Made by a program: the position numbers and the translations under genes. The notes under the pieces are model-generated. The model made no database searches. It saw only the letters and a list, made by a program, of their open reading frames with translations, and was not told the origin of the DNA. 64,000 bases of DNA from Syntrophales bacterium (GTDB taxonomy: Bacteria > Desulfobacterota > Syntrophia > Syntrophales > UBA2185), in contig JBEKOL010000001.1 of the NCBI GenBank assembly GCA_049521775.1, positions 67,514-131,513 of the forward strand. The letters are read 5' to 3'. Positions 11,430-19,616 of this stretch are shown in pieces (position 1 is the first letter of the stretch; each line of letters starts with the position of its first letter).

Positions 11430-11648
11430 ACAATGACTCGCCTCACTAAGAATACGAAAAGCGCCTATTTATTTCAATCATCTCCAAGTTGGCAACCATA
11501 ACGAATAACCATTTTGTACCAGCGCAAAGAAATGGGCAATGTCCCTATTTTTATATTAGATAATGCCGGTTCAGGCAAGGTGAAATTGGGAAGGACATTG
11601 ACATTTTTCGATTTCTGTAATAGCATTTCTCGTCTATATTATTTAATT

Positions 11649-12389
11649 ATGAAACAATTAATTGTAAGAAATATAATCGAGCCAAACGGCAGCAAGAAAG
11701 GCAGATGTCTTGCCTGCGGTGCTACTCTGAATACGGCTAGGCGCAAATACTGCTCCATGGAATGCCGGAAACGCCTCCACTATAAGTTAGAGGTGAGAAC
11801 AGGCCTAATAAGAGCCTTGAATGCGAAGTATGCAACATTTTATTTTTCCGAAGTCATGATAATAATGGACATGCTCCCCTACGGATCTGAGCAGATATTC
11901 AGCTTCTTCTATCCACGGTCTCCAGGAAGCAAGCCTGCCGAAGACTTCAGTAGGATGGCCGACATGCTGGGAAATCTCTGGTGGAATGAGAGAAAGCGGA
12001 CAAACAAGAGATACCTGGCGTCATTCCATGTTCTCGGAAAAGCCGTCAAGAATGGTGCGCCGTTAATTTCTGTCAAACCATCGATGGTAAAAGTCCCTTC
12101 CATTAAGGCGGCGCACTTATCTCATCTTAAACTTGATAAATCCCAATTGAACGCGGCGGAACTACAAAAAAGCGTAAAAGAAGCGTATCGCAGGCAGGCG
12201 AAGGTACATCATCCTGATCTCGGAGGCGATGCGGCGACGTTCAGAAAACTCCACCAAGCTTACAGAGAGCTGACTTCATGGGCCAGGAGACCCTCTTTCA
12301 CAAAACGCCGTGGATTCCCTGATAAATGGTTTTACGATGGGCGCACGAACAAATGGGTGCAGCCGATACCCTCGCAAATACAAAGATGA
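11649..12389 (+). CDS. J-domain (DnaJ-like) protein with N-terminal Cys4 zinc ribbon
   Basis: Track ORF 11514-12389 starts at a TTG. I prefer the ATG at 11649 (MKQLIVRN). N-terminus has CLACG...CSMEC. The C-terminal J-domain carries an HPD motif (AYRRQAKVHHPDLGGDAATFRKLHQAYRELT). Confidence 0.65.
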   Translation: MKQLIVRNIIEPNGSKKGRCLACGATLNTARRKYCSMECRKRLHYKLEVRTGLIRALNAKYATFYFSEVMIIMDMLPYGSEQIFSFFYPRSPGSKPAEDFSRMADMLGNLWWNERKRTNKRYLASFHVLGKAVKNGAPLISVKPSMVKVPSIKAAHLSHLKLDKSQLNAAELQKSVKEAYRRQAKVHHPDLGGDAATFRKLHQAYRELTSWARRPSFTKRRGFPDKWFYDGRTNKWVQPIPSQIQR

Positions 12390-12459
12390 TGCCCTCGTAA
12401 AAAAAACATGCCCCTGGTCTTTCAAACAAACTGCGGATGACAGAAAGTGATGTCGCCCC

Positions 12460-13341
12460 GTGTCATGGTTCTTTCTTTCCCTGCTCGCCGCGCTCAGTCT
12501 CGCCACATCCGATGCCCTGACAAAAAGATTTTTTGGCAATCTCCCGCCGCTTATGATGGGGATTATCAGGCTCGGTTATGCCCTGCCCTGGCTCCTCGCA
12601 GCACTGTTCTTTATACCTTGGATAATTCCTGACACGACATTCTGGTCCTGCATAGCTATCGGCCTGCCATTGGAGGCGCTAGCGTTTTACTGCTACATGA
12701 AGGCCATCAAAGTCTCACCCTTGTCTCTCACGGTGCCGTTTTTGGCCTTCACTCCCGGGTTCATCATTTTGACGGGATGGATCATCTTAAGTGAGGAAAT
12801 CAGTCCCGGCGGCTTCTGCGGAATAATTTTAATCATCGTCGGGGCATATTTTCTTAATCTTTCCAAGACCAACTACGGGATCCTGGCCCCTGTCATGGCT
12901 ATCTTCAGAGAACCGGGGTCCCGTCTGATGCTCTTGGTATCTTTCATATATGCCTTCACCTCAACAATCGGCAAGCTCGCCATCATTCACTCCAATCCCT
13001 ATTTTTTCGGCATCCTTTACAACACGGCTCTCGCCGTGTTGCTGACCTTATTTCTTCCCGCATTTCTTCCCGCAGCAGCAATTGCCGAACCCGCAAGAAA
13101 TCTAATGAGCAAGCTCCTAATAGGCCTGATTCTTGGTGCGCTTGTAGCCACCACTGTCTTCAGCCATATGCTCGCCATATCAATGACGAATGTCGCCTAC
13201 ATGATATCGCTGAAACGCACCAGTCTTTTATTCGGCGTGCTTTACGGTGCGCTATGGTTCAAGGAGGAAAAAATTGCGGAAAGGCTGACGGGGGCCATCA
13301 TCATGATAACAGGCGTTTTTTTGATAGGATTATTCGGATGA
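12460..13341 (+). CDS. EamA/DMT-superfamily transporter
   Basis: 293-aa ORF with about ten hydrophobic helices and duplicated EamA-type halves. Confidence 0.8.
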   Translation: MSWFFLSLLAALSLATSDALTKRFFGNLPPLMMGIIRLGYALPWLLAALFFIPWIIPDTTFWSCIAIGLPLEALAFYCYMKAIKVSPLSLTVPFLAFTPGFIILTGWIILSEEISPGGFCGIILIIVGAYFLNLSKTNYGILAPVMAIFREPGSRLMLLVSFIYAFTSTIGKLAIIHSNPYFFGILYNTALAVLLTLFLPAFLPAAAIAEPARNLMSKLLIGLILGALVATTVFSHMLAISMTNVAYMISLKRTSLLFGVLYGALWFKEEKIAERLTGAIIMITGVFLIGLFG

Positions 13342-13363
13342 ATAGCGTGCATTGATCCGGCAT

Positions 13364-13391
13364 TAAAGTTCTTTCACCAAAGAGCCGATAT
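13364..13391 (+). promoter_or_regulatory. Sigma-28 (FliA)-type promoter
   Basis: TAAAGTTC at 13364-13371 and GCCGATAT at 13384-13391. The TAAA-to-GCCGATA spacing is 16 nt, versus the consensus TAAA-N15-GCCGATAA. It lies 32 nt upstream of the ATG at 13423. Confidence 0.6.
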
Positions 13392-13422
13392 AAATTTACC
13401 ATTATTGCTTGGAGGTGAAAGC

Positions 13423-13725
13423 ATGTCCGACACATTTAATGCAGCACTTTCCACCCTCGGTTCCCTTTCCCGGGAGATGGATGTCACAGCCAACAATATC
13501 GCTAACGTAAAGACGAATATCTTCAAGGTCTACATAAACCGTGTCGACACGCCGGGCTATGTATTGCCTCCCGATGAAAAGGGCAAAGATCAGGAATCAT
13601 CAAACGTTAACCTGGCTGAGGAACTTGTAAATCCGATAACTACGCAGCATACCTACGCCAAGAATATCAAGACAATTACAACGGAAGACGACATGAGGAA
13701 AACTCTCCAGGACGGCATTGCCTGA
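13423..13725 (+). CDS. Mini flagellar rod/hook-like protein (N- and C-terminal D0 segments only)
   Basis: The ATG at 13423 follows a GGAGGTG RBS (the track ORF starts at a TTG at 13405). The N-terminus (FNAALSTLGSLSREMDVTANNIANVKTNIFK) matches the Flg rod/hook N-terminal motif. The C-terminus (SNVNLAEELVNPITTQHTYAKNIKTITTEDDM) matches the rod/hook C-terminal helix. Only about 100 aa in total. Confidence 0.6.
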   Translation: MSDTFNAALSTLGSLSREMDVTANNIANVKTNIFKVYINRVDTPGYVLPPDEKGKDQESSNVNLAEELVNPITTQHTYAKNIKTITTEDDMRKTLQDGIA

Positions 13726-13794
13726 TGCCTGCCATTTAACTCTTGACAAAGAAATCCTCCTTTGTTACTCATCACTTGAATAACAAAAAGATAC

Positions 13795-13940
13795 GGATGG
13801 ATGTGTGGAAGAGGGGTTAAATGCCCCCGCTGCCCCGCAGCCGTGAAGGGAACGAAAACCTCAAAAAGCCACTGTCATGCAAAGTGCATAACGGGAAGGC
13901 GGGTGAGTAGGCAGCCCGAAGCCGGAAAACCAATCCATCG
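13795..13940 (+). promoter_or_regulatory. Cobalamin (B12) riboswitch aptamer
   Basis: Conserved blocks seen: GGAAGAGGGGTTAAATGCCCCCGCTGCCCCGCAGCCGTGAAGGG, then GCCACTG...GGGAAGGC, then a B12-box-like GAAGCCGGAAAACCAATCC. GGATGGAT at 13795 pairs with ATCCATC at 13933 to form P1. A perfect TTGACA lies at 13743-13748 upstream. The element sits in the leader of the cobD-cobQ gene. Confidence 0.75.
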
Positions 13941-14157
13941 CGGTTCCTCGAGGGGGGATTTTTACGGTTACATTACCTTTCACAATTTTTCCAGCCCAGC
14001 TTTACCAGCCCGCAGTCCCGGTCTGCAAAGATCTCTGCGGTTCGTTCAAATCTGCGAGCTCACCTGACCATGCCGGAATGTCTCCGTTAGCATCCAGTTG
14101 CCATCATGCCATTGCCGGGGTGTGCGGCGATAAAGCAGTATGATACAGGAAAAGGAC

Positions 14158-16731
14158 ATGGCATCAAACAAACACGGTGGAAACCTGAGAAAACTGGCAT
14201 CGGCGGCACGCCTTTCCCCGGAGGCTATTCTGGACTTTTCAGCTAATATAAATCCACTCGGTCCACCGGATTGGGTCAGGCCTCTCATAAGCCGGACGAT
14301 TGCTTCCCTCACCCATTATCCTGACCCGGACTGTGCAGCCCTCATTAAGGCCATCTCCGCCCGTTATGGAGTCACTGAAGATGAGATTATAGCCGCGAAC
14401 GGTTCGACAGAGATACTCTATCTCATACCCCGTGCCCTTCCCGTGAGCCGTGCCGTCGTTACAGTTCCCGCATATTCCGATTATGCACGGGCCTCGGAAC
14501 TCGCCGGGCTTCCGGTGGAAAAGATTATCATGAAAGAAGATGACGGATTCAGACCTGATCTCAAGTCTATCGAGGCGCGGCTAAAAGTAAACGACATCGC
14601 TTTTATCGGCCAGCCGAATAATCCGACGGGCTTGCTCTGCAACGCCGCTGCCCTCAGAGATTTGGCCCTGAGGAATGCGTCCGTCACCTTTGTCATCGAT
14701 GAGGCTTTTGCCGCATTTGTGGAAGACATGGACAGCCTGACCCACAGGCGTCCCCCCAATCTCATCGTGCTTCTCTCATTCACCAAGTTCTTCGCCATTC
14801 CGGGGCTGAGACTGGGTTGCGCTATTGCTAACCCTGCCATCATCTCGCGAATACGGACGATGATGCCCCCCTGGTCGGTCAATACCCTTGCCCAGTCCGT
14901 CGGGGAAAAGGCCATGGAGGACGAAGAATATGCGAGGAAGACGAAGGTATATTGCCAGACGGAGCGGAAATCTCTTACGGAGCAATTGCAGTCCATCCCC
15001 GGGCTTTATGTGTACCCGGGAGAGGCAAATTATCTCATGGTGCGGATTGACCGAAAAGGTCTGAGCGCGCCGGTGGTGGCACAGAAACTCCTGCCCATGG
15101 GAATCGCCATCAGGGTGTGTGATAATTTTGACGGACTGGATGCAAGGTTCTTCCGCGTAGCGGTCAGGACCGCTGAAGAAAATGAGCAGCTCTTAAACAA
15201 GCTCCGCGACGCCCTATGCGTGACTCACACAGCAATCAGCAGGAAGACGAAGCCTGCTGTCATGATCCAGGGGACGAGCTCCAACGCGGGAAAGAGCGTC
15301 ATGGCAGCGGCCCTCTGCCGCATCATGCTGCAGGACGGCTATAGCGTCGCGCCCTTCAAGGCACAGAACATGTCTCTGAACTCATACGTCACGCGGGATG
15401 GCGGCGAGATGGGCCGTGCCCAAGTCGTCCAGGCGCAGGCCTGCCGGATCGACCCGGATGTGCGGATGAATCCCATCCTTCTCAAACCCAGCAGTGACAC
15501 GGGCGCCCAGGTTATCGTTATGGGAAAGCCTGTCGGGAATATGGATGTGGGACAGTATATCCGCTACAAGCCCGAAGCGTTCCTAAGGGCTTTGGAGGCA
15601 TATGATTCCCTCGCCTCCGAGCACGACGTCATTATCCTTGAAGGAGCGGGAAGCCCTGCAGAGGTCAATCTGAAGCACCACGACATAGTAAACATGGCCA
15701 TGGCCCGCTACGCCCGTTCGCCGGTCATTCTTGTTGGCGACATCGACAGGGGCGGAGTCTTTGCGTCATTCGTAGGAACAATGGAGGTTCTTGTGGAATG
15801 GGAAAGGGCACTGGTGGCAGGGTTTGTAATCAACCGTTTCCGGGGGGATAAATCGCTCCTTGATGATGCCATAACTTATGTGGAGCGCCATACAGGGCGT
15901 CCTACTTTCGGCATCGTCCCCTATCTCAAAGACCTGGCACTCCCCGAAGAGGACTCCGTCACCTTCAAGAACGGCCCGAAAGAAACAACGCGCCCTGCGG
16001 GGGATGCGGTGGAGATCGCGCTTATCGATCTTCCCCATATATCTAATTTTACCGATTACGATTCACTCCGCTTAGAGCCCGACGTGCACCTACGCATCAT
16101 CCGGTCCTCCCGCGATATCGGACACCCTGACGCAGTCATCCTGCCGGGTAGCAAGAACGTCATCGGCGACCTGGAATATTTGAAGAAGGACGGTCTCGCA
16201 GAAAGGATCGCAGACTTGGCCCGTAACGGAAAGACGGAGATTGTCGGAATCTGCGGCGGGTTTCAGATCCTCGGGGCGGAGATAGCCGATCCTCACGGCA
16301 TCGAGTCCGGAGGAAGGACCATCAAAGGACTGGGACTGCTGCCGGTCACAACGACGCTGGCCTTGGAAAAGACCCTGAAATGCGTTTCAGCGCGTCATGC
16401 CGCCTCAGGCCTTGCCTTAAGGGGATATGAGATACACCATGGGCAGACAAACGGCATGAACATGCCTGCCGCCGTTGCGCGTGAAGACGGAGCGGTAGTC
16501 GGTGTAAGATCGGAAGACGGTCTCCTGTGGGGAACATACCTGCACGGGATGTTCGATGCCGACGAATTTCGCCGGTGGTTTATCGACAGATTGAGAACCC
16601 GCCGCGGCCTGGCTCCTGTGGGAAAGCTGCTCGCCGCTTATGACTTGGAGCCGGCTTTCGACCGCCTGGCCGATGTCGTTCGACGGTGCCTGAACATGGA
16701 TGCAATCTATCGGTTGATGGGATTGCGGTGA
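14158..16731 (+). CDS. cobD/cobQ: Fusion protein: threonine-phosphate decarboxylase (CobD, class I/II aminotransferase fold) + cobyric acid synthase (CobQ/CbiP)
   Basis: Single 863-aa track ORF (14140-16731). The likely start is the ATG at 14158 ([10 protein letters not shown]). The N-terminal ~365 aa are CobD-like (HGGN, NPNNPTG, the [13 protein letters not shown] lysine region). From about nt 15250 the sequence is CobQ-like ([20 protein letters not shown]...[10 protein letters not shown], plus a C-terminal GATase domain with ICGGFQ and HGMF). Confidence 0.85.
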   Translation: MASNKHGGNLRKLASAARLSPEAILDFSANINPLGPPDWVRPLISRTIASLTHYPDPDCAALIKAISARYGVTEDEIIAANGSTEILYLIPRALPVSRAVVTVPAYSDYARASELAGLPVEKIIMKEDDGFRPDLKSIEARLKVNDIAFIGQPNNPTGLLCNAAALRDLALRNASVTFVIDEAFAAFVEDMDSLTHRRPPNLIVLLSFTKFFAIPGLRLGCAIANPAIISRIRTMMPPWSVNTLAQSVGEKAMEDEEYARKTKVYCQTERKSLTEQLQSIPGLYVYPGEANYLMVRIDRKGLSAPVVAQKLLPMGIAIRVCDNFDGLDARFFRVAVRTAEENEQLLNKLRDALCVTHTAISRKTKPAVMIQGTSSNAGKSVMAAALCRIMLQDGYSVAPFKAQNMSLNSYVTRDGGEMGRAQVVQAQACRIDPDVRMNPILLKPSSDTGAQVIVMGKPVGNMDVGQYIRYKPEAFLRALEAYDSLASEHDVIILEGAGSPAEVNLKHHDIVNMAMARYARSPVILVGDIDRGGVFASFVGTMEVLVEWERALVAGFVINRFRGDKSLLDDAITYVERHTGRPTFGIVPYLKDLALPEEDSVTFKNGPKETTRPAGDAVEIALIDLPHISNFTDYDSLRLEPDVHLRIIRSSRDIGHPDAVILPGSKNVIGDLEYLKKDGLAERIADLARNGKTEIVGICGGFQILGAEIADPHGIESGGRTIKGLGLLPVTTTLALEKTLKCVSARHAASGLALRGYEIHHGQTNGMNMPAAVAREDGAVVGVRSEDGLLWGTYLHGMFDADEFRRWFIDRLRTRRGLAPVGKLLAAYDLEPAFDRLADVVRRCLNMDAIYRLMGLR

Positions 16732-16748
16732 AATCATCAAATCCCCCC

Positions 16749-16777
16749 ATCCCCTTTTTGCAAAAGAGGGGATTTTG
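16749..16777 (+). terminator. Rho-independent terminator/attenuator between cobQ and cobO
   Basis: ATCCCCT at 16749-16755 pairs with AGGGGAT at 16767-16773 and is followed by TTTT. Confidence 0.5.
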
Positions 16778-16821
16778 AGACAAGGCAGGGTCTATATTAT
16801 AAATTGCGGAGACATTCTCAG

Positions 16822-17349
16822 ATGAAAGACAAGAAAAGGATACTGCTCTTTACAGGGGACGGCAAGGGAAAGACGACGGCCGCCCTGGGGATGGCCCTCC
16901 GCGCGAGCGGGCACGGCATAAAGACCTTGATAATCCAATTCGTGAAGTCGGATCCCACAACGGGAGAGCTGGCGGCATGCAGGCATTTACCCGGTTGCGA
17001 GATCGTACAGACAGGCAGGGGCTTTGTCCCGGAGCGAAACGACCCGGCATTCCAGGAACACTTGACGGCCGCTGCGGAAGGCCTGAAACTGGCTGCGCAA
17101 GCCCTTTCGTCAGGCGGATACGATCTTGTCATTCTCGATGAGATATGCACCGCCATCGGAAAGGGACTCCTGGACGAGGGAGAAGTGATCGAAGCCGTCC
17201 TGCGAGGACCCCCCGGCATATGCGTCGTCATGACGGGCCGGAACGCCACGGCAGGGCTGATATCCATAACCGACACGGTAACGGACATGCGCATGGTCAA
17301 ACACAGTTTTCAAGACGGATGGAAAGGACAAAAGGGAGTGGAATACTGA
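16822..17349 (+). CDS. cobO: Cob(I)yrinic acid a,c-diamide adenosyltransferase (CobO/BtuR)
   Basis: MKDKKRILLFTGDGKGKTTAALGMALRASGHG...VILDE matches the CobO P-loop family. The ATG at 16822 is preferred over the upstream TTG at 16804. Confidence 0.85.
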   Translation: MKDKKRILLFTGDGKGKTTAALGMALRASGHGIKTLIIQFVKSDPTTGELAACRHLPGCEIVQTGRGFVPERNDPAFQEHLTAAAEGLKLAAQALSSGGYDLVILDEICTAIGKGLLDEGEVIEAVLRGPPGICVVMTGRNATAGLISITDTVTDMRMVKHSFQDGWKGQKGVEY

Positions 17350-17351
17350 TA

Positions 17352-17501
17352 ATGGACTGCCCCCGTATTGTCATAGCGGGCACACAAATCGGTATGGGAA
17401 AGACGTCCCTGACCCTGGACATCGTTATGGCGCTGAGAAAGCGCGGGCTGAAGGTGTAGACATTCAAGGTGGGACCGGATTTTCTGGACCCAACTTACCT
17501 G
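17352..17501 (+). pseudogene. Relic of cobyrinic acid a,c-diamide synthase (cbiA/cobB): N-terminal ~50 codons with an in-frame TAG
   Basis: MDCPRIVIAGTQIGMGKTSLTLDIVMALRKRGLKV-TAG-TFKVGPDFLDPTYL matches the CbiA N-terminus (AGTxSGxGKT...RGxxVQxFKxGPDYxDP). The TAG at 17457-17459 replaces the usual Gln. Similarity then fades, and only about 190 nt remain before the convergent typA stop. Confidence 0.7.
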
Positions 17502-17691
17502 GTTGTCGGCTCGGGAGGGCCCTGCCGGGGGAACACAGGAAAAGCTGGAGGCGGCCCATCTCGAAGGATGCTCTCTTGTTGTTGTGCGACCAGATGAACC
17601 CGCTCATGATGCGTTCGAGAAACATTCCGATCTGATTTCCACCGTCATGGCGTGGGTTCCGACGCAAGACTGTTCTCAAGCATTCCGACGT

Positions 17692-19542
17692 CTAATCTTT
17701 ATCATCTTCCCTACGCTTCGATCCCCGTTTATTGGGATCAAGCTCCATCTTCCGCAGGCGTATGTGCTGCGGAGTTATTTCCACAAGTTCATCCTCAGCG
17801 ATAAATTCAATGGACTGATCCAGGGAGAGCGGGCGCGGCGGCCTTAAGGTCACGGTCGCTTCCGCCGTCGAACTCCTTATATTTGTGAGTTTCTTTTCCT
17901 TGGTAATATTCACTGGCATATCACCGGTGCGATTGCGTTCGCCGATAATCATCCCGCCGTACACCTCGGTTCCCACCTCAACGAAGAGTTCACCGCGGTC
18001 CACCATGGCCAGGCTGGCATAGGTCGTAACCCTGCCGTTTCTATCGGCCAGAAGAGTGCCGCTTGCGCGCTGCGGGATCGACCCGAACCACGGTTGATAG
18101 TCTTCAAAGAGCGTATTCATCACACCCGCCCCCTTGGTATCCGTCAGAAAATGGCTGCGGAAACCGATGAGGCCGCGGCAGGGTACAAGAAACTCCAGGT
18201 TGACCCGGCCGCTTCCCTTATTGATCAAGTGGACCATGCGTCCTTTTCTCACCGATAGTTTTTCCGTCACAATGCCGACGAACCCTTCGGGGATGTCGAT
18301 AAAAACGCGCTCCACGGGCTCAAGGATCTTGCCGTTTTCTTTTTTCGTGATGACGTTTGGTTTCGATACCATGAGCTCATAGCCTTCCCGTCGCATGGTC
18401 TCGATCAGCACGGCCATCTGCAGCTCTCCCCGGCCGCAGACCTCGAAGGCGTCCTTGCGCTCCAACAGTTTGAGTTTCAGCGCCACGTTCCGGAAACTCT
18501 CCTTTTCCAAACGTTCAAGGAGATGACGCGTCGTGAGATACTTCCCTTCCCTGCCGGCAAAGGGACTGTTGTTGACATAAAAGATCATGGAGACGGTCGG
18601 CGCATCTATAAGTATCCGGGGAAGCGGCATGGGATTGTCCTGTGATGTAATCGTATCGCCGATACTGATAGCCTCGACGCCGGCAACAGCGACTATGTCA
18701 CCGGCCTCGACGACATCCACCTGTTTTTTCTTCAAACCGTGAAATGTATAAAGGGCGGAGAACCTGACTCCTTGTGTGATCGCATTTTCTCCGCAAAGAG
18801 CATATGTCTGGTTCATCGCGAGACTGCCGTTGATCAAGCGCCCGATACCGATCTGCCCCACATAGGGATCATAATCGAGGTTCGTAACCAGAAACTGGGG
18901 AACCTGTGCATCATCGGCAGCAGGACCGGGTATGGTGGAACAGATCGCGTCAAACAGGGGCTTGAGATCTTCCGATTGATCTTGCGGCTTCAGATGGGCA
19001 ATGCCCCGTTTTGCGTTGGTATAGAGTATGGGAAACTCGATCTGCCGCTCATTCGCATCGAGATCGATAAATAGGTCGTAAACCTCATTAATGACCTCTT
19101 CGATCCGGGCGTCACCGCGGTCGATCTTATTAATGACGACCACAATGGGCAGTTTTCTGGCGAGGGCTTTCTTAACAACGAATCGTGTCTGCGGAAGCGG
19201 TCCTTCACTGGCATCGACCAGCAGAATTGCCCCATCGACCATATTCAAGCTGCGTTCAACCTCACCTCCGAAATCAGCATGACCGGGCGTATCGACGATA
19301 TTGATCTTGATGTTGTCGTACCATATGGCCGTATTCTTCGCCATGATGGTAATCCCCCGCTCCCTCTCGAGATCCATAGAGTCCATCACCCGCTCTGCGA
19401 TCTCCTGATTCTCCCGAAAGGTGCCCGTTTGCTTGAGCATGGCATCGACGAGGGTCGTTTTGCCGTGATCAACGTGGGCAATGATAACAATATTTCTTAT
19501 GTTCTGCTTTCGCAAAAGTGTTGCTGCTCCTTTAAAAGGCAT
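17692..19542 (-). CDS. typA: Translational GTPase TypA/BipA
   Basis: NIVIIAHVDHGKTTLVD, DTPGHADFGGE and NKID G-motifs, with EF-G-like domains. The internal ATG (MPFKG, 19542) is preferred over the track start at 19593. Confidence 0.9.
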   Translation of the reverse strand: MPFKGAATLLRKQNIRNIVIIAHVDHGKTTLVDAMLKQTGTFRENQEIAERVMDSMDLERERGITIMAKNTAIWYDNIKINIVDTPGHADFGGEVERSLNMVDGAILLVDASEGPLPQTRFVVKKALARKLPIVVVINKIDRGDARIEEVINEVYDLFIDLDANERQIEFPILYTNAKRGIAHLKPQDQSEDLKPLFDAICSTIPGPAADDAQVPQFLVTNLDYDPYVGQIGIGRLINGSLAMNQTYALCGENAITQGVRFSALYTFHGLKKKQVDVVEAGDIVAVAGVEAISIGDTITSQDNPMPLPRILIDAPTVSMIFYVNNSPFAGREGKYLTTRHLLERLEKESFRNVALKLKLLERKDAFEVCGRGELQMAVLIETMRREGYELMVSKPNVITKKENGKILEPVERVFIDIPEGFVGIVTEKLSVRKGRMVHLINKGSGRVNLEFLVPCRGLIGFRSHFLTDTKGAGVMNTLFEDYQPWFGSIPQRASGTLLADRNGRVTTYASLAMVDRGELFVEVGTEVYGGMIIGERNRTGDMPVNITKEKKLTNIRSSTAEATVTLRPPRPLSLDQSIEFIAEDELVEITPQHIRLRKMELDPNKRGSKRREDDKD

Positions 19543-19616
19543 CCCCCCTTGTCCGTAATGATTAGTTTGGATCGGGGCAAGGAGGGATGACAATAACGTA
19601 CACTTTATGTATATGT

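Noticed and set aside
13801-14067. 88-aa plus-strand ORF upstream of the cob gene
   Set aside because: It coincides with the cobalamin riboswitch aptamer and expression platform. The conserved RNA blocks explain the region better than a Cys/Arg-rich peptide does.
17457-17459. In-frame TAG in the cbiA-like frame (and a second TAG in the isochorismatase frame near 48690) as possible pyrrolysine or stop-codon recoding
   Set aside because: Both genes carry other damage: cbiA similarity ends ~14 codons later with most of the gene missing, and the isochorismatase has extra TGA stops and frameshifts. All well-supported genes in the window that end in TAG terminate where expected. No pyl genes are visible.
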